64,000 bases of DNA, from assembly GCA_048571215.1 (NCBI GenBank), contig CP182352.1, forward strand, positions 480,001 to 544,000, read 5' to 3'. The translations under genes were made by a program, and so were the position numbers. Shown here piece by piece: positions 1 through 9,499 of this stretch (the first letter of the stretch is position 1; each line of letters opens with the position of its first letter). The notes under the pieces were generated by a model. It made no database searches. It worked only from the letters and a program-made list of their open reading frames with translations, and was not told the origin of the DNA. The stretch comes from Halarcobacter sp. (GTDB lineage: Bacteria > Campylobacterota > Campylobacteria > Campylobacterales > Arcobacteraceae).

Positions 1-409
1 TAGCTTGAGTACTAAACTCAACTGAGCTTTTTTGGTAATACTCTTGTGAACTTTGGAAACTAAAACCCCAATTTGGTCTTGATGATTGATTTGTATAAGG
101 ATTTATATATACTTGCTGCATTTTTGAATGGTGGGGATATAATTTTATTTCTTTTTTACTTTTTGTTAATTGTTCAAGAAGAAGCTCAATTAGTATTTTT
201 TTTATTTTATCTTCAAAAGAAAGATTTTCTTCATCATTATAAACAGCTTTAATATTATTTAGTCTTGGTTGCTTGATGTTTAGATTCTCTTTATTTTGAG
301 CCTCTTTTAAATCATCACGTGAAAAAAGTCTTATAGATGTTAGACTTTGTTCTTTTTGTACAAAACTACTACTTGCTTGCATATCCACACTATAAGATTC
401 GATTTTCAT
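1..409 (-). CDS. Hypothetical protein, 3' end outside window (not in ORF track)
   Basis: Manual translation: AGGAG SD then ATG at 409. The frame MKIESYSVDMQASSSF...WGFSFQSSQEYYQKSSVEFSTQA stays open to the window edge. Confidence 0.75.
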   Translation of the reverse strand, partial: MKIESYSVDMQASSSFVQKEQSLTSIRLFSRDDLKEAQNKENLNIKQPRLNNIKAVYNDEENLSFEDKIKKILIELLLEQLTKSKKEIKLYPHHSKMQQVYINPYTNQSSRPNWGFSFQSSQEYYQKSSVEFSTQA

Positions 410-522
410 AATATACTCCTATAAACTATATTTAAGAATTGTACATCAAAATAAATAAATTTTGATTTAAATTATTTATCTAAATTTGGGAACTTCATAT
501 TAAATTAGATATTATTGCACCC

Positions 523-1761
523 ATGAATAATAAATATGATGCAATAATAATAGGTTCAGGGGCAGCTGGTATGATAGCCTCTATAAAAGCCTCAAAAGAG
601 GGTAAAAAAGTACTTTTAGTAGAACAACAAAACAAACTAGGTCCAAAGCTTAAAGCTACAGGTGGAGGCAAATGTAACTTAACTAATACTTTGGATAATG
701 AAACTTTTATGAAAAGTTTTGGTAAAAATGGTAAATTTATGAGTGATTGTTTGAATATTTTTGATTATAAAGATTTAATTGAGTTTTTTAAAGATATTGG
801 CGTTGATACACATATCCCTGATGGCTTTAGGGTATTTCCTGTTACCCATAATTCTCAAACTATAATAGAAGCTTTAAAAAATGAGCTTATAAAACTGAAT
901 GTTGAAGTTAGAACAAATACAAAAGTTATAGATTTACTTTTAAAATATGAAGAGATAGATGGGGTAAAAACAGAAAATGAAAACATTATCTCATCAAATG
1001 TGATAATTGCAACTGGTGGTTTAGGTTACAGTAAGCTAGGGGCATTGGGAGATGGTTATAGATTTGCAAAATCTTTAGGACATAATGTTACAAAACTATA
1101 TGCTGCTATGTTACCACTTATTTCAAAAGAGAAATGGGTAGCCTCTTGTAAGGCAGATACGATAGCAAAGGCTATATTAAGTGTTGATATGAAAAAACAC
1201 AAAAACTTAAAGGCAGTTGGGGATTTGATTTTTACTTCAAATGGAATTAGAGGTCCTGTTGTTTTAGATTTTTCAAGAGAGATTACACCTTTGCTTGATA
1301 AGTATGGAGAGATTCCTATTGTGATGAATCTTGTAAAAGGTTTAAATCAAGAACAAATATTTACACATATCAAAAATGAATCAACAAAAAATCCAAGTGC
1401 AACTATTTTAGAGGTTTTAAGCCCTCTATTACCTATAAGTGTTATAAAAGAACTATCCCTTTTAGTTGGTGCAGATTTTAATAAAAGATTTAAAGATTTA
1501 CAAGGTCAAACAAGAGATGCTTTAGTTAAGATTATAACTTCAACTCCTTTGACTATAACTGATCATGTTGGTTTTGAAAAAGCTATGATAACAAGGGGTG
1601 GAATAAGCTTAAAAGAGATAAACCCTAAAACTATGCAAAGTAAGATTGTAAAAGGCTTATATTTTTGTGGTGAGGTTATGGATTTAGATGGACCTTGTGG
1701 AGGATACAATCTTCAATGGGCTTTTTCAAGTGGTTATACAGCTGGAAAACTACAAAATTAG
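523..1761 (+). CDS. HI0933/YhiN(BaiN)-family NAD(P)/FAD-dependent flavoprotein
   Basis: IIIGSGAAG FAD motif, KLKATGGGKCNLTN, TRGGI, GLYFCGEVMDLDGPCGGYNLQWAFSSG. Confidence 0.92.
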   Translation: MNNKYDAIIIGSGAAGMIASIKASKEGKKVLLVEQQNKLGPKLKATGGGKCNLTNTLDNETFMKSFGKNGKFMSDCLNIFDYKDLIEFFKDIGVDTHIPDGFRVFPVTHNSQTIIEALKNELIKLNVEVRTNTKVIDLLLKYEEIDGVKTENENIISSNVIIATGGLGYSKLGALGDGYRFAKSLGHNVTKLYAAMLPLISKEKWVASCKADTIAKAILSVDMKKHKNLKAVGDLIFTSNGIRGPVVLDFSREITPLLDKYGEIPIVMNLVKGLNQEQIFTHIKNESTKNPSATILEVLSPLLPISVIKELSLLVGADFNKRFKDLQGQTRDALVKIITSTPLTITDHVGFEKAMITRGGISLKEINPKTMQSKIVKGLYFCGEVMDLDGPCGGYNLQWAFSSGYTAGKLQN

Positions 1762-2246
1762 GGTTTAAAGGTTTTTATATATTTTGCATTCTCTTTTGTA
1801 ATACTTGTCCAAGAGTCACAATCAAACTCAATTTTTATTATATTGGATGTGCTAATTTCCTCTTTTACTCCTCCTAAGCTTAAGCTTAGAGCTGTTAAAG
1901 ATGGGTTGTGACCTATTATTAGTAGAGTCTGAACAGTATCAAATGTATAATTGATTGATTCTACAATCTCATTTAAGAAAGCTTGATATATAACCTCATT
2001 GTACATTATACTTTTATTATATTCTAAAACATCACATAGGGTTTCAGCTGTTTGCCTAGCTCTTATAGCTGGACTAGAAACTATCAAATCAGGGAAACTA
2101 TCCTCTTCTTTTAATTTATAGGCAACTGATTTTACATCTTCAAAACCTTGAGCTGTTAGTTCTACATCGTAATCATGTGCATAAGTTTTGTTTATGTTTT
2201 TTTCTGCATGTCTCATTATATAAAGTGTTTTCATATCATTTCTCAT
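1758..2246 (-). CDS. sixA: SixA-like phosphohistidine phosphatase (histidine phosphatase superfamily), divergent paralog
   Basis: LYIMRHA, SSPAIRARQTA and IGHNP motifs. Confidence 0.8.
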   Translation of the reverse strand: MRNDMKTLYIMRHAEKNINKTYAHDYDVELTAQGFEDVKSVAYKLKEEDSFPDLIVSSPAIRARQTAETLCDVLEYNKSIMYNEVIYQAFLNEIVESINYTFDTVQTLLIIGHNPSLTALSLSLGGVKEEISTSNIIKIEFDCDSWTSITKENAKYIKTFKP

Positions 2247-2318
2247 AAATAAATTTTATTATTGATTTTAAGAATATTTAACTTGAAAAAAAATAAAACT
2301 CATTACTTTTTATCAAAA

Positions 2319-2810
2319 TTAATTATTATATTTTTTAGGATATTCAAAAGATACAAGTTTGGCATTTTTTTTACCTATCTCTCTCCATGTATTACAATCA
2401 AATTCTAATTCTAAAACACCACAAGTAGGAATATTCTGATTAAAATCAACAAAATAAAAGGCCAAAATATTTATTGCAGGATTATGACCTATTAGATATA
2501 CTGTATCATATTCATCTGCGATAAAGCTTACAACTTCAAGTATTGTTTTTAAATCAGCTTCATAAATATATTCATTGAACATAATATCTTTATGATACAT
2601 AAGCTCTTGAGCAATGATTCTTGCAGTTTCCCTTGCTCTATATGCTGGGCTTGATATTATCAGATCAGGTATATGTCCATCTTTTCTTAGAAGTTCTCCC
2701 ATATAGGGAGCATCTTTTTTACCTCTTTTGTTTAAGGGTCTATCAAAATCATCTAATGTAGGATTTGACCAGTCTGATTTTCCATGTCTGATAATATATA
2801 ATCTCTTCAT
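2319..2810 (-). CDS. sixA: SixA-like phosphohistidine phosphatase
   Basis: IIRHGKSDW...DFDRPLNKRG, SSPAYRARETA, IGHNP. Confidence 0.88.
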   Translation of the reverse strand: MKRLYIIRHGKSDWSNPTLDDFDRPLNKRGKKDAPYMGELLRKDGHIPDLIISSPAYRARETARIIAQELMYHKDIMFNEYIYEADLKTILEVVSFIADEYDTVYLIGHNPAINILAFYFVDFNQNIPTCGVLELEFDCNTWREIGKKNAKLVSFEYPKKYNN

Positions 2811-2934
2811 TTTATCCTCTTTTTTAAGAAGTAATTATTATAACTATATTTAAATAATATTCAATAAAGCTATATAGATTTATTAAACATTTATTAATAA
2901 TTTGATGATAAAATATGGAAAAAAAAGGAGATTT

Positions 2935-3786
2935 ATGGAGCAAGCAAAAACAGTTTTTTTATTAACTTCACTTACTGTATTATTTGTATTTATTGGATAC
3001 TCTTTTGGTGGAACAAATGGTATGTTAATCGCCTTTTTATTTGCAGGTGGTATGAATTTTTACGCTTACTACTATTCAGATAAACAAGTACTAAAACATT
3101 ATAATGCAACACCAATTGAAGATAGAAATCATCCTGTATATAGAATTACACAAAATTTAGTAGCAAAAGCTGGTCTTCCTATGCCAAAGGTTTATTTAAT
3201 ACCAGATCATACACCAAATGCTTTTGCAACAGGAAGAAATCATGAAAATGCAGCAGTAGCTGTTACTATGGGCTTATATGAGATGTTAAATGAGAAAGAG
3301 TTAGAAGGTGTTATTGCCCATGAATTATCACATATAAAACATTATGATATCTTAGTTGGTACAATTGCTGCTGTATTTGCAGGGGCTATTGCAATGATTG
3401 CAAATATGATGCAATTTTCTGCAATATTTGGAGGGAATAATAGACAAGGTGTACATCCAGCTATTATGATTCTTATGGCTATTTTGTTACCACTTGCAGC
3501 TTCTATAATACAAATGACAGTAAGTAGAAGTAGGGAGTTTATGGCAGATGAGGGCTCAGCTCGTATGACAAAGAATCCAGCTGGATTACAAAGTGCCTTG
3601 TCAAAACTTGAAAAATATGCAAGAAATGGACATCACATACACAATGCAACAGAACAAACAGCACATATGTTTATTATAAACCCTTTTTCAGGGATGAAAT
3701 CAACTTTTGGAAATCTTTTTAGAACTCATCCAACAACAGAAGATAGAATAGCTAGATTAGAAGAATTAAAATCTGAGGTTCAATAG
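2935..3786 (+). CDS. htpX: Zinc metalloprotease HtpX (M48)
   Basis: [14 protein letters not shown] (HExxH), [18 protein letters not shown]. Start moved to ATG 2935 after an AGGAG SD. Confidence 0.95.
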   Translation: MEQAKTVFLLTSLTVLFVFIGYSFGGTNGMLIAFLFAGGMNFYAYYYSDKQVLKHYNATPIEDRNHPVYRITQNLVAKAGLPMPKVYLIPDHTPNAFATGRNHENAAVAVTMGLYEMLNEKELEGVIAHELSHIKHYDILVGTIAAVFAGAIAMIANMMQFSAIFGGNNRQGVHPAIMILMAILLPLAASIIQMTVSRSREFMADEGSARMTKNPAGLQSALSKLEKYARNGHHIHNATEQTAHMFIINPFSGMKSTFGNLFRTHPTTEDRIARLEELKSEVQ

Positions 3787-3806
3787 AGATTTATTAATCT
3801 CTATTG
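3781..3806. terminator. Hairpin between convergent htpX and DUF134 genes, probable bidirectional terminator
   Basis: Perfect 11-bp stem CAATAGAGATT-TATT-AATCTCTATTG containing both stop codons. Confidence 0.6.
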
Positions 3807-4391
3807 AAAAATATCTACAAGTTTATCTTCTGTTACATCTTCTTGTAAAATTGGATAAATACCCTTAGCAATAAGTGAAATCTTTAAATCGTAATCTATA
3901 TCTTCTATTAAAAAATAGTTTACTTTATAGTCATATAATACATCTGGAAGTACATTACAGGCTGCTTCATCCTCATTTTGATACATAGGATTATTTATAC
4001 AGTTTGATGATTTTAGTTTATAATCTTTTATAAAGTATATCCAGATATATTTAGCTGTATCATCCGCATATTGAAGTTCTTCATTACTATGTGAACATAT
4101 TGCAATATGAAACTCATTTTTTATCTCATGAACTTTTATATTACTACCAGTAATTAGTGCCAACGAGATTTTTTTTCTAGCACTTTTTATTATCCTTGCA
4201 AATGTTGCTCTAGAAACATTCATTTTTTTTGCTGCATCCTCTTGATACATACAAAATGAATCCATCAAATGGATAGCTTCTAGTTCCTCATGCAATAATA
4301 TTACATCTTGTTTGGCCTTAATATCTTTTGGACCAAAATATTTTGAAACTGGTTTTAATTCAAGTTTTCTTTGAAGTTTTTCTCTTGCCAT
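3801..4391 (-). CDS. DUF134-family HTH protein with C-terminal NifX/NifB-like domain, probable regulator
   Basis: FGP...EELEAIHLMD...QEDAAKKMNVSRATFARIIKSARKKISLAL is the DUF134 signature. Confidence 0.85.
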   Translation of the reverse strand: MAREKLQRKLELKPVSKYFGPKDIKAKQDVILLHEELEAIHLMDSFCMYQEDAAKKMNVSRATFARIIKSARKKISLALITGSNIKVHEIKNEFHIAICSHSNEELQYADDTAKYIWIYFIKDYKLKSSNCINNPMYQNEDEAACNVLPDVLYDYKVNYFLIEDIDYDLKISLIAKGIYPILQEDVTEDKLVDIFQ

Positions 4392-4444
4392 TAATAACCT
4401 TAATTTTGATACTGAAATTTTAACACAAGTTTATTAAATTATAC

Positions 4445-4473
4445 TTGACATATGCTCTTTTAGATGTTATAAT
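4445..4473 (+). promoter_or_regulatory. Consensus sigma70 promoter overlapped by TGACATATG repeats
   Basis: TTGACA (4445-4450), 17 bp spacer, TATAAT (4468-4473). TGACATATG occurs at 4446 and 4476. Confidence 0.75.
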
Positions 4474-4600
4474 TCTGACATATGTTCATAAGTAGTTGAA
4501 TTTATATATTTTATTTAATAAATTGTAATTTTCTTTGGTAACCTTTTTGGTTCCAGTATTCTACAAAGTATATGTATTAAGTTAGCTTTAACGAACATAT

Positions 4601-4694
4601 TTTTAAACATCAGTTAGCATTTTAGGATAAATTTATAATTGTCTTTTCCCTAGTCATTACTTTCACTCATCCTAATTGTTCTGATGTTTTAAAA
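4601..4694 (+). other. Long RNA hairpin with C/U-rich loop (candidate leader element or sRNA)
   Basis: AAACATCAG(4605-13)/CTGATGTTT(4681-89) and TTAGGAT(4622-28)/ATCCTAA(4669-75) enclose a 40-nt loop. Confidence 0.45.
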
Positions 4695-4734
4695 TCTCAT
4701 ATTAATTAATAGTATCTTTCCAATAGGAGAAAAC

Positions 4735-5076
4735 ATGCTAAGAGTAGTATTCCCTACAAACCAAAAAATGAGTTATATTTCACCAATTGCAAGTAGTTTT
4801 GAAAAATCTAATTATTTAACAGTTTTAGATTTGATGGGTCAAAATATAGCTGATGTTCATATAATCAAAAATCCACATCCTCATAGTGATGAGGAGATTA
4901 TAAAAGAGTGCGTTGATAAACACTTTGGTGTTTTAATACTTCCAGATTGTAAAAATGTACCAGTAAAGAAATTGAAAAAAAATGGAACTACTGTATTTGA
5001 CTCTGGTAATAACAAAATCATAATCGATATAGTAAGTCAATTTATACAAGATAAATTAGTAAAAATAAAGTCTTAA
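4735..5076 (+). CDS. NifB/NifX-family (dinitrogenase FeMo-cofactor biosynthesis-like) small protein
   Basis: M-RVVFPT...ISPIASSFEKSNYLTVLD...IIKNP pattern, AGGAG SD, typical pairing with DUF134. Confidence 0.7.
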   Translation: MLRVVFPTNQKMSYISPIASSFEKSNYLTVLDLMGQNIADVHIIKNPHPHSDEEIIKECVDKHFGVLILPDCKNVPVKKLKKNGTTVFDSGNNKIIIDIVSQFIQDKLVKIKS

Positions 5077-5079
5077 TCC

Positions 5080-6033
5080 TTACCATTCAAATTGAAAAGT
5101 AGTATGAACAATTTTAAATTTATCTTTTAATTGATGATTCAATTCTAAAAGTAGTTTTTCATAGTTTTCAAGTGAAGATTTGTCAATTTTTACATGGGCA
5201 GTCATGTTATACATATCTTGAGTTATTTCCCAAATATGTATATCATGTAACTCTATAACATTTTTATTTTGTTCTATAAATGTTTTTACCTCATTTATAT
5301 CAATAGGTGAACTTTCCATTAAAGTATTTATAGAAGTTTTTAAAACATCTTTTGCCCATTTACCAATTACTAAGGCAACAACAATAGCTAATATAATATC
5401 TATAAAATACCATGAGGTAAAATATATTACAATATAGCCTATTATAATGGCTACAGAAGATAAGGCATCACTTAACATATGGATAAATGCAGATTTTAAA
5501 TTTATATTCTCTTTATCCCCTTGCATTAAAATTAAACCTGTAATAATATTTACAACTAAACCTATACTTGCAACAATTAAAGCCATTTTTATGTTTATAG
5601 TTTGAGGATTTAAAAACCTTTCAAAAGCTTCATATAAAATCCAAAGAATAGATAAAACAATAGTGATTCCATTTACAAAAGCTGCGAGTACTTCTATTCT
5701 ATAATAACCAAAAGTTTTCTCTAAAGGTGCTTTTTTATTTGCAATAATAATTGCAACAAGAGAGATTATAAGGGCAAAAGAGTGGGTAAACATATGTATG
5801 GCATCTGATATTAGTGCCAAAGAGTTTGACAAAAATCCATAAAAAAATTCAGCAAGCATAGTTATAAAAGTGATAGTAAGAGCGATTTTTAATACTTTTT
5901 TATCCATACTTCTATGGTCATGATGGTGTTCATGATGATCATGCTCGTGATGATGTTTGTGGGAGTGATCGTGATCAGAATGATTATTCAAAAAAGGTTT
6001 ATGTTCATTTAGTCCAAATTTGCAATTATACAT
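5080..6033 (-). CDS. czcD: Cation diffusion facilitator (CzcD/ZitB-like Zn/Co/Cd exporter) with His-rich N-terminus
   Basis: SLALISDAIHM, TFGYYRIEVLAAFVNG, AFIHMLSD, HDIHIW, HTTFQ. Confidence 0.9.
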   Translation of the reverse strand: MYNCKFGLNEHKPFLNNHSDHDHSHKHHHEHDHHEHHHDHRSMDKKVLKIALTITFITMLAEFFYGFLSNSLALISDAIHMFTHSFALIISLVAIIIANKKAPLEKTFGYYRIEVLAAFVNGITIVLSILWILYEAFERFLNPQTINIKMALIVASIGLVVNIITGLILMQGDKENINLKSAFIHMLSDALSSVAIIIGYIVIYFTSWYFIDIILAIVVALVIGKWAKDVLKTSINTLMESSPIDINEVKTFIEQNKNVIELHDIHIWEITQDMYNMTAHVKIDKSSLENYEKLLLELNHQLKDKFKIVHTTFQFEW

Positions 6034-6093
6034 TGGATAATTCCTCTAAAAAGATTATAAAATATATGCTATATTCATTCCATTATATATTAT

Positions 6094-6121
6094 AAAAAAA
6101 AAGCGAAGCCAAAGCTTCGCT
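6094..6121 (-). terminator. Rho-independent terminator downstream of aroC
   Basis: Minus strand reads GCGAAGC-TTTG-GCTTCGC followed by T9. Confidence 0.85.
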
Positions 6122-6200
6122 AGGTTCCTTTCAACTTGACCAAAGTAAAGGATTATGAAATGTTACAAAAAGATTCTTTAAGTAAAATAAAAACTAAACT

Positions 6201-7274
6201 TTAACTATAGATTTTTTTTAAATTATCCATTTTGCTACCTAAATTTAGTAAAACCATATCAGCAAGCACTAAAGAAATCATCGACTCTGCAACTACACTT
6301 CCTCTTATAGCAACACAAGGGTCGTGTCTTCCTTTTAGTTCACAAGTTACTTCTTGATTTTTTATATCAATTGTATCTTGTTTCATAAAAATAGAAGGGG
6401 TTGGCTTGAAATATACTTTTACATTAATATCATCTCCATTTGAGATACCACCTAATATCCCCCCACTGTGATTTGTTACAAAACCATTACTTCTAATTTG
6501 ATCATTATTTATATGACCCTTCTTATGAGAAGAACTTAGTCCATCACCAATCTCTACAGCTTTTACTGCATTTATACTCATCATTGCACTAGCTATTTGG
6601 GAATCTAGTTTATGATAAAGTGGTTCTCCCAAACCAGCAGGTGCATTTTTTACATTTACTAAAGCAACTCCACCCACAGAATCATGCTCATTTTTTGCAA
6701 TAAGTATAGCATCTTTTTGGAACTGTTCTTTATCTTTATCTAAGGCATAAATCTCAGAAGTTTTTGCAAATTCGAAGTCAATGTTAGATGATTTTATTCC
6801 ATCTATTTCACAAATTCCACTTTGAATTTTAAGCCCTAACTCTTTTAACATAAGTTTTGCAATAGCACCAGCTGCAACTCTTGCTGATGTTTCCCTTGCA
6901 CTACTTCTTCCTCCACCTCTATAATCTCTAATTCCATATTTCGCAAAATAAGTAAAATCTGCATGACCTGGTCTAAAAAGGTCTTTTACATTTGTATAAT
7001 CTTTACTTTTTTGATTTTCATTAAAAATCACCATAGATATGGGTGTTCCTGTAGTAAGTCCTTCAAATACTCCAGATAAAATCTCAACTCTATCTGATTC
7101 TTTTCTAGCAGTAGCAAACTCATTTTTACCAGGCTTTCTTCTATCCATCTCTTCTTGAATAAAACTTTCATCTATTCTTAATCCAGCTGGAACCCCATCA
7201 ACTATACAACCTAAAGCCTTACCATGACTCTCTCCAAAGGTTGTAAATCTGAATTTTTGTCCAAAACTATTCAT
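6201..7274 (-). CDS. aroC: Chorismate synthase
   Basis: [30 protein letters not shown]. Confidence 0.98.
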   Translation of the reverse strand: MNSFGQKFRFTTFGESHGKALGCIVDGVPAGLRIDESFIQEEMDRRKPGKNEFATARKESDRVEILSGVFEGLTTGTPISMVIFNENQKSKDYTNVKDLFRPGHADFTYFAKYGIRDYRGGGRSSARETSARVAAGAIAKLMLKELGLKIQSGICEIDGIKSSNIDFEFAKTSEIYALDKDKEQFQKDAILIAKNEHDSVGGVALVNVKNAPAGLGEPLYHKLDSQIASAMMSINAVKAVEIGDGLSSSHKKGHINNDQIRSNGFVTNHSGGILGGISNGDDINVKVYFKPTPSIFMKQDTIDIKNQEVTCELKGRHDPCVAIRGSVVAESMISLVLADMVLLNLGSKMDNLKKIYS

Positions 7275-7952
7275 TTACTTTTTCCCTTTTAATATATCTA
7301 TTGCTATTTTAGCAACTGCTTGTTGTGCAAGTTTTTTACTTTTCCCAATAGCTTTACCATAGGTTTTATCATCTATCCAAAGTGATACTTCAAACTCTTT
7401 TTTATGATCAGGTCCATATGAACCCTCTATACGATACTCAGGAATTGTTCCAAATTCTGCTTGAGTTATCTCTTGTAAGGCTGTTTTATAATCACTAAAA
7501 AGTACATCTAGATTTATTTTATCATATGTATTTTCTAGAAGATCTAAGATTATTGGTTTTAGAACTTCTAAACCTGATTCTAAATAAATAGCACCCATAA
7601 TTGCCTCAAAGGCATCTGATAAAATTGAGGCTTTACTTCTACCTTTATTTCTCTCTTCTGCATTTGAAATAAAAATATAATCCCCCAGTTTTATCTCTCT
7701 TGCTAGTTTTGTAAAACCAGTTTCATTTACTAAACTTGCTCTTATTTTTGAGAGATCTCCCTCATTTGATGTTGGGAATTTTTTAAATAGATATTCTCCA
7801 ACTATTAAGTTTAAAACCGCATCTCCTAAAAACTCTAACCTTTCATTATTGTAAGGTTTTTTAAAACTTTTGTGTGTAAGTGCTTCGATTATCAGGTCTT
7901 TATCTTTAAACTGATAACCCAAACACCGTTCTAATTGTGAGTAATCATTCAT
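7275..7952 (-). CDS. rnc: Ribonuclease III
   Basis: [12 protein letters not shown] signature plus C-terminal dsRBD. Confidence 0.98.
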   Translation of the reverse strand: MNDYSQLERCLGYQFKDKDLIIEALTHKSFKKPYNNERLEFLGDAVLNLIVGEYLFKKFPTSNEGDLSKIRASLVNETGFTKLAREIKLGDYIFISNAEERNKGRSKASILSDAFEAIMGAIYLESGLEVLKPIILDLLENTYDKINLDVLFSDYKTALQEITQAEFGTIPEYRIEGSYGPDHKKEFEVSLWIDDKTYGKAIGKSKKLAQQAVAKIAIDILKGKK

Positions 7953-7954
7953 TT

Positions 7955-8398
7955 TTAATTTTTTTCCTTTATAGATTCTGCTTGTGTACGTGCAAGTATA
8001 TCACATCTTTCATTATGTTCATGTCCAGCATGACCTTTTACCCATGTAGCTCTTATTTTATGGGACTTTGAAACCTCTACATACTCTTGCCATAGTTCAC
8101 AGTTTTTAACAGGCTTTTTTGCAGCTGTTCGCCAATTGTTTTTAATCCAAGAGTTTAACCATTCATTTATACCTTTTACAACATAAGTGGAATCAGAGAT
8201 AATATGAACATCACAAGGCTCTTTTAATGCCTTAATCCCTTCTATTACCCCCTTTAGTTCCATTTGATTGTTTGTGGTATTATCTTTGGCTCCACTTAGC
8301 TCTTTTTCTTTTCCATTATATTCTAAAATAGTCCCCCAACCACCTGGACCTGGATTACCCAAAGAGGAACCATCACTGTAAAGATTGATTTGTTTCAC
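7955..8398 (-). CDS. rnhA: Ribonuclease HI
   Basis: [34 protein letters not shown]. Confidence 0.98.
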   Translation of the reverse strand: MKQINLYSDGSSLGNPGPGGWGTILEYNGKEKELSGAKDNTTNNQMELKGVIEGIKALKEPCDVHIISDSTYVVKGINEWLNSWIKNNWRTAAKKPVKNCELWQEYVEVSKSHKIRATWVKGHAGHEHNERCDILARTQAESIKEKN

Positions 8399-9422
8399 TA
8401 ATACCTTTCACTAAATAATATTTTACATCAAAAGATAATATATCGTTACATCTAGGACATCTAGTATCAAAAATTGGATGGGTATGTTTACATGAAGTGC
8501 AGATAAATTCAAAATCAACAGTTGCAGGAACTTTATGCTCGTGAGCATTTAAAGCTATAAGTACATCAAAAACAAAATCATCACTATGTTTTACACTTGT
8601 TAAATAGCCTTTTGCACTATATAATTCATTTAAAAATTGATTATTTGAAACCTTATCAAAATCTATATCATCAAAATTTAGATACCATAAGATATCAACA
8701 ATTTTTTTTAAATCAAATTCATTTAGATGTTGCCAAAAAAACTCTTTGTTGTATTGGATAAAATATTGTACAGCTAATCTTTGAATTAGAGGATTTTCTT
8801 TAAATAAACTATATAGTTTTTCCCCTTTTTTTTCAAAAGATTCTATTGGGTCATTTATTATGATTAGGGCATCTATAAATATCTTGTCTTTTTTTGTTTC
8901 AACTTTTAATTCATCTAAACATTCAACTATCTCTTTTGATTGTGTATACTCTTTTAATTTTTCACTGATTATTAATAGATGTTTTAATGCTTTTGTATTT
9001 CTTGGAGAAAATTTTAAAATTCTTAAAAATATCTCCCTTGATCTTTGTAAAAAACCACCTTTAAAATAGGTAGTTCCAAGTAGTTCTAAAACCTCTTCTT
9101 TTTTAACTCTATCTGTTACATGTTCTAAAAGTGCTAGATATACAGAGGTTGCTTTATTATAATCACCCTTATGTAAAAATGTCGAAGCTAAAAGTAAAAT
9201 AGAGTCAAAAGGTAGATTGTAAGTTTTATATAGATGTACATAATCCTCCTCTTTTAATTTACCTATTTCAAATCTTTTTAGAAGCTTTCTATAATCTCTT
9301 CTTGCACGTTTTTCTTTGTAAAGTCCAAAAGAGTAGGTTATAAAAGATATAAAAAAGACAAGAGCAAATAGTATGATTATTCCAAATAGGGGATCTCTGT
9401 ACTCTAAAACTAAACTATCCAA
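8373..9422 (-). CDS. Membrane-anchored TPR protein with C-terminal CxxC...CxxC metal-binding domain (LapB-like)
   Basis: N-terminal TM segment, TPR helices, CTSC...CPRC. Probable TTG start at 9422 after AAGGA. Confidence 0.75.
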   Translation of the reverse strand: MDSLVLEYRDPLFGIIILFALVFFISFITYSFGLYKEKRARRDYRKLLKRFEIGKLKEEDYVHLYKTYNLPFDSILLLASTFLHKGDYNKATSVYLALLEHVTDRVKKEEVLELLGTTYFKGGFLQRSREIFLRILKFSPRNTKALKHLLIISEKLKEYTQSKEIVECLDELKVETKKDKIFIDALIIINDPIESFEKKGEKLYSLFKENPLIQRLAVQYFIQYNKEFFWQHLNEFDLKKIVDILWYLNFDDIDFDKVSNNQFLNELYSAKGYLTSVKHSDDFVFDVLIALNAHEHKVPATVDFEFICTSCKHTHPIFDTRCPRCNDILSFDVKYYLVKGISETNQSLQ

Positions 9423-9499
9423 TAAAATCCTTATATGATTGTTTAAAATAAATATAACATAAAAGGGCATACAAAATAATAAAAGGGTATAATTTTTGA

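Noticed and set aside
311..327. TCACGTGAAA as a possible parS site, given parAB in the window
   Set aside because: Only the core and right half resemble TGTTTCACGTGAAACA; the left arm does not, and it lies in a coding region.
5915..5990. CAT/GAT-rich repeats in czcD, and the Gly/Cys/His repeats at the slyD 3' end
   Set aside because: They encode known metal-binding His-rich segments and are not independent repeat elements.
6155..6181. Plus-strand mini-ORF MKCYKKIL after AAAGGA
   Set aside because: SD-ATG spacing is only 2 nt and it is antisense to the aroC 3' region; better explained as part of the minus-strand RNA structure.
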